Shown one piece after another: positions 43,599 through 55,582 of a stretch of DNA of 64,000 bases; the first letter of the stretch is position 1, and each line of letters starts with the position of its first letter. Source of the DNA: Emiliania huxleyi CCMP1516 (lineage: Eukaryota); contig NW_005201287.1 in NCBI RefSeq assembly GCF_000372725.1, positions 589,081 through 653,080 of the forward strand, written 5' to 3'. The position numbers were made by a program, and so were the translations under genes. The notes beneath the pieces are model-generated. The model was not told the origin of the DNA and did no database searches. It saw only the letters and a list, made by a program, of their open reading frames with translations.

Positions 43599-44301
43599 GA
43601 GCCAAAAGCGGTCGCAGCCGAGTGTGCGGGTCTCAGCCCAAAGCGGTTCGACTGATGATGAGGGCCCGAGGGAACCCGTTGGAGGCATATTATACTGTGT
43701 CAGCGTTCTCAATCTTACGCCCCCCAGCAAATCGGTTTTTGCCCTTAAATAGTGCGATCGTCAGCGCCACGCGCGAGAGCATGTGTCCAATGTGCAACGC
43801 GGCGGCGCGATCAGTCACGGGACGACCGACGGAAGCCGTGGTACTCTTCTGCAACCATAGTCCTTCCTGTGACATGGCAGGCCACTCTCAAGCCCTACAA
43901 GCACCAGATCACAACAACAACAAAACACTCTCTCTCAACAACAACCAGATCACCTCACTTGACTATCGCCGCTGCAGCGGCCGAGGAGGCTGCTGCAAAG
44001 GCGGCTGCTCAGGCGGCCGCTCAGGCCGCTCAGGCGGCCGCTCTCGGACGGTACAGGTTGGTCAACGCTTTGGTTCTACCCCCGCGGCGACTGGTATACC
44101 TTCTACTGGGATGGCAGCTCGGCCGACAAGGTCGCAAGGCGCGCTACCTACCCGACGCTCGAGCACGACGACCACGACCCCGGCCCCCTCGCAGAGCGCA
44201 TCAGGCGCGACAAGCGCGAGCGGTCCGACCGCTCCTCCGACGACTCCTCCTCCGACCGCGACTCATGCGGCACCGGCTCCACTAGCGAGAAGGAAGAAAG
44301 A

Positions 44302-44487
44302 ACTCTGTGTGACACATTTCTTGTTGGCTTCTAAAAATCTGAGAAATCTAGCGAGGCGAATGACATATTCGACACCCTCGAAGACCATCTCGGCTACGGT
44401 TCCGACTCCGGCTCCGGCTGGTAGTCGACAAGCTGCCGAGCGCAAATCACTCTGTGTGACACATTTCTGGTTGGCTTCTAAAAATCT
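44302..44487. repeat. 39-bp direct repeat pair (44302-44340, 44449-44487)
   Basis: ACTCTGTGTGACACATTTCT(T/G)GTTGGCTTCTAAAAATCT twice. Confidence 0.9.
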
Positions 44488-44734
44488 CCCTCACTTGGGA
44501 GGGTTGACATCGTGATTCCGCGGTAAATTCTTTTTTTGAAAATTCCAGCATTAAATAGGGGGAACCCCGAGGGCCCAGACCTACCCTACAGTTGTACCAT
44601 CCATCAAGAGGGCATGTATGTAGGAAGGTGAAGAACAGTCAGGCTCGGACTGGACACTAGAGGGCCGCCCCAAGCAAAAAGAAAAACCCGGGGCAACTCA
44701 ACTCTCGATCGCCTGCCGCAGCGCAGTAGGCAGT

Positions 44735-45118
44735 ATGGCTGCCAAGGTCTCTGCCCCTGTGCCCCTCGCCATCTCGACGTCCCACGAGAGCCCTCCCGAG
44801 ACGACGGGCCTCACGCCCATGCTCATGTCTTCGCAACTCGCGGACATGCCCTCGGACCTCGCGCTGCCGTCCGCGGTCGTGCCCACGCCTCGGCGGAGCG
44901 GTAGCTCTTCGCCCAAGCGGCCGCAGGGCAGGGGCATGGGAGGCGGGCGCGCGTCCAAGACGCCCAAGCTCGGCGCCGGCCACGACGCCGCGCGGGCGGC
45001 ACACGCGGCGAGCGCCGCCTCGAGCAGCAGCGCGGAGGGCGAGGCGCCCGCGTCGTCCGAAGAGGACGAGGATGACTCGCTGCAACGGATGGTGGCGATG
45101 CGCACGCGCTCGCAGACC

Positions 45119-45204
<86 letters not shown>

Positions 45205-45430
45205 CAAGCCCGCCGACCGCAGCGCGCCTCAGGCAGGCTCTTCGCACGCCGGCAGCCGCGCCCCGCCGCCCGCGCCGGTGCCCGAGGAGGAGAGCGGGTG
45301 GGAGGCGTCGCGAGGGAGGCAGCGAGCGGAGCGGTCCCAACCGTCCACCCCCGCGCGCAGCGGCGGCGGCGGCGGTGCGGAAGCGGCGAACGGCAGCGCC
45401 GCGGGCGGCGGCAGCGGCGGGAATGCTTTG

Positions 45431-45463
<33 letters not shown>

Positions 45464-45616
45464 GAGGAGGACGCCGACTGGGGGGTCATGTACAGCGGCG
45501 CCAAGGACGCGTCGCACCGCTCGCGCGGCAAGCACGGCCGCAACGCCAAGCAGGCGATGAGCCGCCAGTACGCAATCGAGGCGCGGCAGGCGCAGAGGGA
45601 GGCGAGCAGGCGGTGA
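44735..45616 (+). CDS. Low-complexity hypothetical protein with poly-Q tract; possibly the first exon of a longer gene
   Basis: Open 293-codon frame, ~27 CAG codons at 45122-45202, Gly/Ala/Ser-rich. Confidence 0.4.
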
Positions 45617-46101
45617 GGGGGGCGGCAGCCTGTCTCGCGCTGCCGCCGGTGTGGGAAGGCGCCGCAGCGCTGCGTGTGTGTGTGTGCGGGCGCGACTGTG
45701 GCGCGGGTGTGGACCGGGGGTTGAAGGACGGGGCGTGATTCGTGGGAGGGTGGCGAAGAGACGATGCAAGCACCCCGTCAGTCGTCTCGATTTCGTCGGT
45801 TGCTGTCGTTTGAAAGGCCGCGGTCGGGTTGGTTGACACGAGCGTCCAACCCACGTCCACTGCGCCGATGCACTTGACGGTTGGGTTGGGAAGGCTGCCG
45901 CCGTTGCCGCCGCCGCTCCGTTGGAGCCAAGGCCCCTCTGGGATCACCGTCGACCCGGGCTCGGCAGGGTGGTAGTAGCGAATGTGGTTGTCGTTGCCCG
46001 ATTCCAGATGCCACTTCCATCCAGTCGTCATCCTTGTGCCCACCGCCAAATCCAAAGTATGCATTCCTTTCATTGACGTAGCCCTTCCAGCTGAGCCCTG
46101 G

Positions 46102-46350
46102 TCTGACAGCCTGACAGCAAACCCCGGACAGCGCCTGACAGTGCCCGACAGCCTGACAGCGCTGACAGCACTTTCTCCGACAGTCTGACAGCACGTATCT
46201 GACAGCCTGACAGCAGAGCCTGACATCAGAGGCGTCCCGTCGCTGTCAGGCCCTAACGTGACAGCCTGACAGCTGCCCGACAGCCCGACAGCACACAGCG
46301 GCCTGACAGCAGCGCTGACAGCCCGACAGCCCGACCAGCCCGACAGCAGC
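46102..46350. repeat. Irregular (C)TGACAGC/CCGACAGC motif array, probable transposon subterminal repeat
   Basis: More than a dozen GACAG-core motifs, one inverted. Confidence 0.75.
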
Positions 46351-46737
46351 ACAGACCGTACTTAGGCCGTGCAGCCTCTTTCTTGTGCCCCATGAGGGTA
46401 TAGCAAAACTATTACATGCAAAGACTTTCCTCTACCCGGCAACGGAAGAGCGCAGGCTGAAGGGCGTGCACCACATGCGAATTGCGATGTGCGTGACTGT
46501 GTGTGCTTGCGCGAATGGAGTCAGTGGCCACCGCCGGCGTGTCATAATTCAGTTATCATGCTCAAATAGTTACGATGGCAGAATCTGGTCTCATACCACA
46601 TACGGGGTGTGGAGACCCTCTGAGAGTTGACCAGGGGCGGGGTTGTGCTTAGGGTACCCCTAGGCGCTAGGGTTCTGAAGGCCGGATTTTTTAAGACCTT
46701 TTAAGAAATGAGGAGATTTGGGGGCTGTAATTACCAT

Positions 46738-47088
46738 TTAAGGTCCTCCGGGCCAGTTTCGCTTTCGGGGGGCAAACCCCGCCCGCCCCCTAGAACCCCA
46801 GGTAAGGCCCAGGTATGGCCTAGGGCATCAGAAGGGACCAAGAGGAGTCCAGTCTGAGCCATAGAGCCCATGTCTTTGCCCCCGAAGGTCGCGTTCAAAT
46901 GCCCGGAACGGACGTTACAGTGGTGTCCGGCCGGCGCGATCACCGAGCTGTGACGCTCAGGGAAGCCTGATGAGGTACTGGTTTCTTTGCCCAGGGCTGG
47001 CCTACGGCCCGTGCTGGATCAGCTGAGCAAGGTTTGGGGAGAATCCCCCATTCAGATCTTCAGATATTTTGACGGATGACCGAAAATG
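46738..47088. repeat. Dispersed ~345-bp repeat, copy 2
   Basis: Matches 440-785. Confidence 0.9.
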
Positions 47089-47834
47089 GCCCATTCTGGA
47101 AACTCGCGAGTTTTCCTGAGTCTGAGAGCTGGTCTGGGGCAAAATCTGAGGCAAAATTGAGGAAATCGACAAAATACCCAGGCGGTCGCAGGGTAATTTC
47201 CAGGTCTACACGGGTTCTCCGCAAAATTCCCGGCATTTTGCCGATTTGGCCTAAAAATTGGCTGATTTTGGGCCCAAACCAGCCTCAGACTCGGCTCAGA
47301 GCCCAAAATTTGACGATTTCCACGGAGTTTTCCCGGGAAAATAGAGAGGAGAGGGTGCTGTAGAGAAAAAAGGTTAGGAAAACAGACGGGGTGCGAGAGG
47401 AAAACCTCGTACAGCCTAACCGAGACGGCCCGCTCTGGCCCTGTCGGCCTTCCCAGACACCTTGTCGAGAGAGAGATTTTTAGCAATACCATGCCTTGTC
47501 GAGGCTGTACAGAGTGCCGAGAGCATGCTGGGCAGGCTCCCGTCGAGCGACGAGCCATGCTGGTTCGTCGCGGGTCGCGAGCTCGAAGACCCGCGTAGAG
47601 CGTCGCCGAGTGACCGAACGAAGCGGCACGCCTCGGCGCCGCGAGAGCAGCCGGTCGCCGTCGGCACCAAGCGCGCGGCCGCCGGGCGCCTCCGAACCGA
47701 CAGGGGCGCCGCGGCAGTAGAGAGCACTCCACCTGCCATACCGTTGACTGAGGCGCCGTGGAAGTCAACTGACAATAAGGTTCACAGCCTTGTTATTGAG
47801 AAGAAAATACCTCGTATGGCGCTGTGCGCTGGCC

Positions 47835-48174
47835 TGTGAGAGGTTAAAGAAAGAAAGAAAACAGACAACCCAAGGGAGGGATGGGAGGACGGCACGCCGC
47901 CACCACACAGGGATTTTAAGGAGAGGTGTGTGGTGCGCTAGCCGTCGCCCACCCTAGGGAGTCTGCCTCTTCCTATCTCTCTTCGCAGTCTCTCTCCGAT
48001 TCTCGCTGCAACCTTCATTGTGAGAGGTTAAAGAAAGAAAGAAAACAGACAACCCAAGGGAGGGATGGGAGGACGGCACGCCGCCACCACACAGGGATTT
48101 TAAGGAGAGGTGTGTGGTGCGCTAGCCGTCGCCCACCCTAGGGAGTCCGCCTCTTCCTATCTCTCTTCGCAGTC
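47835..48174. repeat. 156-bp direct repeat x2 (47835-47990, 48019-48174) containing the TIR-like AAAGAAAGAAAACAGACAACCCAAGGGAGGGATGGGAGGA motif
   Basis: Direct comparison, one visible mismatch. Confidence 0.9.
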
Positions 48175-48257
48175 GAGGTGCGTTCACACCGAAAGGATTT
48201 CTCGAAGCCAGATGCCCTTTGTCTCTGAGGGCCACGCACACGTTGACTTTCGCATAT

Positions 48258-51200
48258 ATGAGCCTCAGACTCGTCGCGCTCGCGGCGCTGCTCTCGCAGG
48301 CGGCCGCCGCGGTGATTGGGATCGACTTTGGCGCGCGCTTCGTCAAGGTCGGCATCATCCAGCCGGGCAAGGGCATCGACCTTGTGCTCAACGAGGCGCC
48401 GCCACGCCGCCACGCCCGAGCCGAGACGCGGCCCCACGAGATGGATCCTCGTTCGGACTCTGGCCCACCGCGCCGCACGCGAGCGGCCGCACAGCTGGCC
48501 GCGGCCTCGTCCTCGCTCCGCTCACCTCCGGCGCGCCCTGGTGCCGCGCAGGCCTCCAAGCGCAAGTCGTCGACTGCCGCCGGCTTCAACTCGGCAGATG
48601 AGCGTGTGTACGCGGACGAGTCCTTCAACCTGCTGGGCAAGCTGCCGCAGAAGCAGTTTGTCTACTCAAAGATCATGCTGGGCAAGGCGCCGCTCCGCCG
48701 CTGGCCCGTCGCGACGCGTCGCCACACCGCGCCGCACCTGCAGCCACGCTGCCCGCCGCCCGCCCGCCACACTGCCCGGCCTGTCTGCAGAACGTGTCGC
48801 ACCCCGACATCCTCTCGTTCGGCGAGCTCGGCTACCCGTACGAGTTCGTGACCGACCCCGTCACCGGCGCGGCGATGATCCAGTTCTCCGAGGCGCGACC
48901 ACACCCTCCCGCGAGGGCTGCTCCTCGAGAGCATCCCTCCGACCCGCCGGTGGCTTCGCCGCCCTCAGGACATTAGCTACCGCGCCGAGGAGGCGGTCGC
49001 CTTCGTCCTCTCGTACGTCAAGCAGATCGCCGAGAAGGAGGCGGGCTCCTCCGTCAAGGAGGGGGTCATCACGGCGGGAGAGCACGCCCCCCCCCCCACC
49101 TCCACCCCACCTCCTGGGCCACTTGCCAGGCGGTCCTCGACATCCTCGCCCAGGAGTTCACCAAGCAGTACCCGTCCGTCTCGCCGCCTATCACAAAGTC
49201 GGCGCGCGCGATGGGCAAGCTGCGCAAGGAGGCCGAGCGAGTCAAGGAGGTCCTCTCCGCCAACAAGGAGTTCAAGGTTGCCATCGAGGCGGTCCACGAC
49301 GACCGCGACCTCCGCCTCGTCATCTCGCGCGCAGACATGGAGGCGCGCTGCGAGGGCCTCTTCCCGCGCCTGCTGCCGGCGCTGCAGTCCGTCCTCGACC
49401 AGGCAAACATGACCAAGGAGGACGTGCACAAGATCGAGCTCATCGGCGGCGCGACGCGCGTCGCCCGCGTCAAGGAGGCGGCCAAGGACTTCTTTGGCAA
49501 GCCGACCTCGGCCCTCCATCAGCGCCGACGAGGCGGCCGTCCCGAGAGGCGCGTCCATGACACGTCCGCGACATGGCTCTACAGGCCTCGATCAACGCCG
49601 ACGAGGCGGGCGCGCTCGGCGCGACGCTGTACGCCGCAAAGCTCTCCACCTCCTTCCGGCTGCGCGACTTCAACATCGTGGACGCCTTTCCGCACGCGAT
49701 CAACGTCAAGCTGGGCGTGGACGGCGACAAGGAGGCCGAGGCTGACAAGGAGGACAAGGGGGACGAGGAGGAGGGCGATGGCAAGAAGAAGAGCAAGGAC
49801 AAGGTGCTCTTCAAGGCGAACACAAAGTTCCCGCACAAGAAGCTCATCACCATGTCGCGCACCGAGGACCTGCAGATCCTGCTTTCGTACGGCGCCACCG
49901 GCGCGCCCATCTCCTCCTTCAACGTCTCCGGCGTCGGCGCCGCGCTCAAGCGGCTCACCAACGAGAAGCGGACGCCGATCGGGAAGCCAAAGGCGCACGC
50001 CGCCCTCAGAGGTTTAGGCAGGGAGGGAGGGAAACCCCTGCCCGTCCGGCTGCCCCTGCCCCTCCCCTCCCCCGCGGCATTAGAGTCGGCGAGCCCCAGC
50101 CTCCTCCATTGGGCGCGCGCTGCTTTCGCCCGCGGCACATGAATCCAGTCGCGCGCGCCTCACGGCCGCGATCTTCTGCCGGTCGCTCGAAACGCTGGAT
50201 GCGCTCTCCCATCCCTACCAGTCACCCGGCGATCGACATCTTCCGAGCCCCTCCCGAGCCCCTCCCTCTCGACGAGTCGGGGGGAGGAGCATATGCCGTA
50301 CCAGTAGGGACCCAGAGCATATGCCACCTCCCGCACCGCCCTCCGCCGCCCTCCGCCGCCCTCCACCACCCTCCGCCCCCCCTCTTCTCAGGTGAGTGTC
50401 ACGTTTGGCCTCTCGCCGTCCGGGCTGCTGCACGTCGCCAAGTCGGAGGTCGCGCTCGAGATGCAGGAGCGGTACGACGACTACGACGAGGCGCCGCGCC
50501 GCACGCGCCCGCCACCCAGCGGGCCCTCGCCACGGGACGACACCCCCCCCCCCCCTCCCCCCCTCCCGTGTGTCCTGCAGGTGCCGCTGACTGAGGAGGA
50601 GGTCGCCGAGGCGATCGCCAACGAGACGGCGGCGGCGGCGGCGGCGGCGGAGGCGGCGGCGGCCGCCAAGGCGGAGGCGGGCGAGGCGGCGGCGGGCGAG
50701 GGCGAGAAGGAGGAGGCCAAGGAGGAGGCCAAGGAGGATGAGACGCTGGAGGCCGGGGATGAGCCGGAGGAGGACGTGAACGGGACCGCGGCCGGCAAGA
50801 ACGCGACGGCGAAGAATGCGACGCGCACAAAGATGGTGAAGGTGGAGAAGGAGCGGAAGCGGGTGCACTACGCGACGTTGAAGGCGGAGGAGGCGACGCT
50901 CTCGCCGGTGCTGCCGCTCAACGCTTCGCAGGTTGGCGACTGCGTCGCGCGCAACCTCGAGCTGCTCAAGGCGGAGGGGATCCGGAAGGCCAACGCGGCG
51001 GCCAAGAACGACGTCGAGTCGTACGTCATCAACACGCGCGACCAGCTCTCGTCGGACGAGGCGTACAGCGCCGTCTCGACCGAGGACGAGCGCGCGTCCA
51101 TCTCGGCCGAGTTCGAAAAGGCGGAGGACTGGCTGTACGAGGAGGGGCGCGACCTCGCGGCCAAGGAGTACAAGGAGAAGCTCAAGGACCTGCAGAAGAT

Positions 51201-51789
51201 GGTCTCGCCGATCGCACTGCGCGCCACGGAGCTCGAGGCGAGGCCCAAAGTCGTGACGCAGGCGCGCACGGGACGCCTTCAGCCCCGCGGGGCGCGCCGC
51301 CTCCCGCCCCCTCCCACGACCGCGTGCCGCGTGTGTGCGCTCGGTCAGGCGCACGAGGCGGTCAATTGGACCACCAACATCCTGCAGACCTGGGCGACGG
51401 AGCGGCCCGAGGTGACCGAGGCGGAGCGCGAGAAGGTGGCGGGCATGTGCGCCAACTTCACGACCTGGCTCGCCGAGCAGGAGGAGAAGCAGGCCGCGCT
51501 GCAGCCGCACGAGCCGCCCGCCTTCCTCTCGAGCGACGTGTCCGCCAAGCTCGAGCCGATCGAGCGCGAGGTGCGGAGGCTGATCAAGAAGCCGAAGCCG
51601 AAGCCGCCGAAGGTGAAAAAGGCGGCCAACGCGACCGCCGCCAACGGCACCGCCGCCAACAGCACCGCCGCAGACTCAGACGCCGCCGGCGCGGCCGGCG
51701 CGGGCGAGGGCGAGGGTGATGCCGCGGCAGGCGAGAGCGAGCCGGCGGCCGGCGAGAGCGCGGAGGGTGAGGCGAAGGAGGAGCTGTGA
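48258..51789 (+). CDS. HYOU1: ER Hsp70-family chaperone HYOU1/GRP170, multi-exon; part of the nucleotide-binding domain not found
   Basis: Signal peptide, IGIDFG, LNEASKRKS, KLRKEAERVKEVLSAN, IELIGGATRV, INADEA, AKNDVESYV, EDWLYEEG, C-terminal KEEL. Confidence 0.9.
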
Positions 51790-52539
51790 GGGACGTCGCG
51801 AATGAGGCTTGCGGCGTCGGGCCGCTCGTTTCGATCCTATGGCGGAACCTGCGCGGGGATCGGTTGCCGCGCCGGGTGCCCAGCGATGGAAGAGGGGCGC
51901 ACAGAGTCTTCATAGCTGTGGTGGCGTGTGAGGAGCGGAGCAGAGAGGGGTTTGGTCTGTGCTACACTTCGGTCGGGGATGATGCGAGTTTAGAACATAA
52001 ATCATAATTGCAGGAGACGTATATTTTCTCGGTGCACCCTGGTGCCTGGACGCGCGGGAGCGCGGGGCGAGAGCTCCCGCCCGCGCGCCCCGGTCCACCC
52101 GGAGAGCGCTGCGGGACCGGATCGATGCGGGAGAGAGCCATGCAGCCAGAGAGACGGAGCGGAGAGCGCGCCCGGGGGGGCGCGGTGCTGGAACGTGGAA
52201 GCAGCATAAGCCCATCGCATAAGCATAACCATAATCCATGTCCATAAATAAAAGACGGGACACTATCCGAACGGAGGACACACTGTGTGAGCATTGCCGT
52301 GAGACTCTCTCTCGCAGCGACTGTGCATGCAACATGTGTATCTCGTATCTCTGCGCCTGCTCCCATGCCACGGCTCACACTCCCGCGGCCCGCGGGGGGG
52401 TCGGCGGTGTTCTCAGCAGGGCGCTCTTTTGAGCGCGTGCAGTCAGGGAGATCTACTGGTAATCTCTTCCGTGACCTCGAAGTCGCGGCGGCGCACGGAC
52501 GACGCCGGAAGCCGGGCGATGCACGGCCCGCAAAGTCGC

Positions 52540-53817
52540 TCAAACCGGGTCCGACGCCTTGGAGGTAACGGTGACGGTCCCGCTCTCCTTCTCGTCGCCC
52601 TTGCTCGGCTTGCAGCAGCAGGCAAGGATGCCGCCGTCGCAGCAGCAGAGGCCAGCGCGGCAAGCGCCGCAGCACGGCGCCTCCCCTTCGAAGCACTGCC
52701 GCCAAAAGTCGAGGCGCCAGCCGATGCAGCAGCCGGCGCACATGGTGGTCAAGTCGAAGCAGAGGCACGGGAGTCGGTTGCAGCAGATCGGGAGCAGGTT
52801 GCAGCAGATCGGGACGGGCTTGACCTTTGGCTTGTCGGTCCAATGGAAGCGCCCCTCCGTGAAGGTTGCCGACACAGGAGTCACCTCGGTGAGCAAGTTG
52901 GCGACGAGTTCCTGCGGCAGCTCGTTGGTGAGGAAGGACGGGACCGGCAGATTGATGAAGAAGGCGCTCAGGGAGAGAGCCCAGGCGACAGTCGGAGGGT
53001 GGGGCTCCTCGAGGATGTCGAACGTCATCTCAAACTCGCTGTTGGCCAGGTTAGAGCTGTCAACCTTCGTGAAGTCGATGGCAAACCTCGCGCGCATGTT
53101 GGAGACCTCGATTGGCGTCTCGTTCCACTTCGCTGTCAGGTCCGGGAAGAGAAAGTTGGGGCTGTCGAGCACCAGCTTGACGCCGCTTTTGAGAGTGATC
53201 CTCACACCGAGGGTGGCCTCGAGCACAAAGCTGGGCAGCGTGGCAGGGCCGTCACCCGCCGCGGAGGTGATCCACTTCTCTGGATCGAGAATGTCCTCGC
53301 GGTTGATCGCGGAGTTGCCCATCACGTTTTTCATCTGGAACGAGAGCTTCTCAATGAAGTCGTCCGGCTCCACCACGTCACTGCCCTTGACCTTGAGCAC
53401 GTACCCTGTGTTGATTGGGCCCTTCCTATCGATAGCGATGCCACCGCCGATCTCCGCCTTGCCGCCCAGGGCCTCCAGCTTCTTCTTGAGCGCCTCCGCC
53501 GCCTGCTTGCTCAGGTTGTGCTTGACGACCTTGCCCTTCTTGACAATCTCCCGCGCGTGCTTCTCGAGCTTATCGTACTTCATGACGAACTTGACGAGCG
53601 CGTTGAAGGCCTTGTCCGTGGGATCCGTCGGCAGGAGGCGAACGTTCGTCGTAAGCTGCTGCACGAGGAGTTGACTCAGATTGGTCCGCACGCTGCCCTT
53701 GGTGAGGTCGAGCACGGTCCGGAAAGTTTTGCCAATGTAGGGAAGCGCTACCAGCGGGTCGTCGGGATCGAAAGAACCCTCCGGCGCTACCGCCGGAATG
53801 GGGACGACGGACGCCAT
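52540..53817 (-). CDS. Intronless hypothetical protein, possible SMP/TULIP-like lipid-binding fold, Cys-rich C-terminal tail
   Basis: 425-aa ORF with strong GC3 codon bias; beta-rich middle ending LPVPSFLTNELPQELVANLL; multiple CC/CCC motifs. Confidence 0.7.
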   Translation of the reverse strand: MASVVPIPAVAPEGSFDPDDPLVALPYIGKTFRTVLDLTKGSVRTNLSQLLVQQLTTNVRLLPTDPTDKAFNALVKFVMKYDKLEKHAREIVKKGKVVKHNLSKQAAEALKKKLEALGGKAEIGGGIAIDRKGPINTGYVLKVKGSDVVEPDDFIEKLSFQMKNVMGNSAINREDILDPEKWITSAAGDGPATLPSFVLEATLGVRITLKSGVKLVLDSPNFLFPDLTAKWNETPIEVSNMRARFAIDFTKVDSSNLANSEFEMTFDILEEPHPPTVAWALSLSAFFINLPVPSFLTNELPQELVANLLTEVTPVSATFTEGRFHWTDKPKVKPVPICCNLLPICCNRLPCLCFDLTTMCAGCCIGWRLDFWRQCFEGEAPCCGACRAGLCCCDGGILACCCKPSKGDEKESGTVTVTSKASDPV

Positions 53818-53918
53818 CTAGTACCGCGCGCGGGCAGGCTACTGCGATGAGAGCGCAAAAGCGGCGGCCCTTACGACGGGCTTCTCAAAAAAGAAATCAC
53901 GCGTACGGCGGCGTGCCG

Positions 53919-54072
53919 TTCTCCCATCCCTCCCTTGGGTTGTGTGTTTTCTTTCTTTCTTTCTGCTCGTGCAGGTGGGGACCTTGTCCTCCTCCCATCC
54001 CGCGTTTGATGTTCTTCTTTCTTTCTTTTTCGATGGGTGTGTGTGTGTGTGTGTGTGTGCGTGTGTGTGTGA

Positions 54073-54167
<95 letters not shown>

Positions 54168-54214
54168 TGAGTGTGTGGTGTTGTTGTGTGTTGTGTGTTG
54201 TGTGCTTCTGTCGA

Positions 54215-54246
<32 letters not shown>

Positions 54247-54280
54247 AGAAAACACACACCCCAAGGGAGGGACGGGAGGA
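53919..54280. mobile_element. MITE-like element: ~45-bp terminal inverted repeats around a (GT)n tract
   Basis: Left TTCTCCCATCCCTCCCTTGGGTTGTGTGTTTTCTTTC; right end reverse-complements to TCCTCCCGTCCCTCCCTTGGGGTGTGTGTTTTCTTC. Confidence 0.6.
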
Positions 54281-54345
54281 CTTCTTTCGTAAGATTGCTA
54301 ATGTTTTCACCTTTCTTTTATTTCAAGGCGTTACATCGGGGCAAC

Positions 54346-55582
54346 ATGGCAGCCGTCCCGCCACGGCTCACCAACGTCGAGGCGCAGCGCGTGATGGCGG
54401 TGCTGAGCGATGCGCTGTCAAAGTTGGACCTCCTATCTCGCGTCCCGCAGTGTCGTCTTCCCCACTCGGCGCGTGTCTCCCTCTTTTGCACTGGAACGCC
54501 ATCAGACAGCTGCGCTAGCCGGGATCACCCCCTCCTCCCGCACGCAGGAATCAATGCGCGACTCGCTTGGAGTTGACGTGACGCAGCTGCTCGACGAGCA
54601 CGTTGCGCTTGAGCGGCAGTATGTGGCCGTGACGGCGACGCCAGAGGGTTGCTTGGGCGGCACCCTTCCGGATCTCGAGACGGCGGACGATGAGCTGAGG
54701 CATTCCACCCGCGTGGTGTGTCGCTTGCTGCGCGAGGCGCCCGGAATCGTGACGCAGCTACAGGCGGCCCGCGCCACGGAGGCAGGGGGCGGCGAGGCTA
54801 TCGTGAGCGAGACGATGTCGCGCTTCCTCTCGGCCCTGCACGCGCTGCAGGAGCAGGCGGGTGCGCGGCTCTCCACGACGGTGGAGGAGGATAAGGAGGG
54901 GAGGGAGACGTTCGAGGAGGTGAAGGCGCGCGACGAGAAGGCAGGTCAGCAGGTTAAGCAGCTACAGAAGGAGTTGCGCGCCGAGCGGGCCAGCCGCGAG
55001 GCTGACGTCTCCTCGCGGGACGCGGTGTTGCGCAAGCTGCGCGCCACGCTCGACACCATCACCAACACAGCGGCGGACGAGGTGAAGGCGATCGAGGCGG
55101 AGGGCAAGGCGCAGGAGCAGGCGGACCACGCCACGGGCGCGGAGCGCGAGGCAGCTCTGCGAGCGGAGCTCGCTGGGCTCAAGGGGGAGCTGGGGTCGAG
55201 GCGGAAGGAGCACCGTGAGTCGGAGGAGGCGCTGCGCAAGAAGAAGGCGAGGTGCGAGGGCGAGGTGGAGCAGTGGATCGCAAAGTACGACGCTGAGGTG
55301 GGCGAGCGGTACGAGGAGCTCAAGGCGCTCAAGGCGATCTATGCCGAGGAGACGGCGCAGCTCGCCGAACTCGAGGCACATTTTGCGCGACTCGCGGCTG
55401 AGAGGGAGGCGGAGCTGGAGGCGGAGAGGAGGGTGGCGGAGGAGCTCGCGCGGCAGCAGGCGCAGGAGCGGGCGCTGCACGATGGAGCGGCGAGGATTCA
55501 GGCAGTCTTCCGAGGCAAGACGGAGAGGCGCCTGCTTGAGAAGCGAAAGGCGGGTAAGGGTGGGAAGGGCAAGAAAAAGTAA
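54346..55582 (+). CDS. DRC10: Dynein regulatory complex protein 10 (IQCD), 2 exons
   Basis: LTNVEAQRVMAVL, LRHSTRVVCRLL, RLSTTVEE, LRKKK...EVEQWIAKYD, IQ motif IQAVFRG, GKGKKK tail. Confidence 0.88.

Noticed and set aside
43872..44280. LRR-like LSLNNNQIT as a gene
   Set aside because: Single motif in an incoherent frame
52327..53850. Long antisense and alternate-frame ORFs here and throughout the window
   Set aside because: Expected shadows of GC3-rich genes; Arg/Ala/Pro-rich with no motifs
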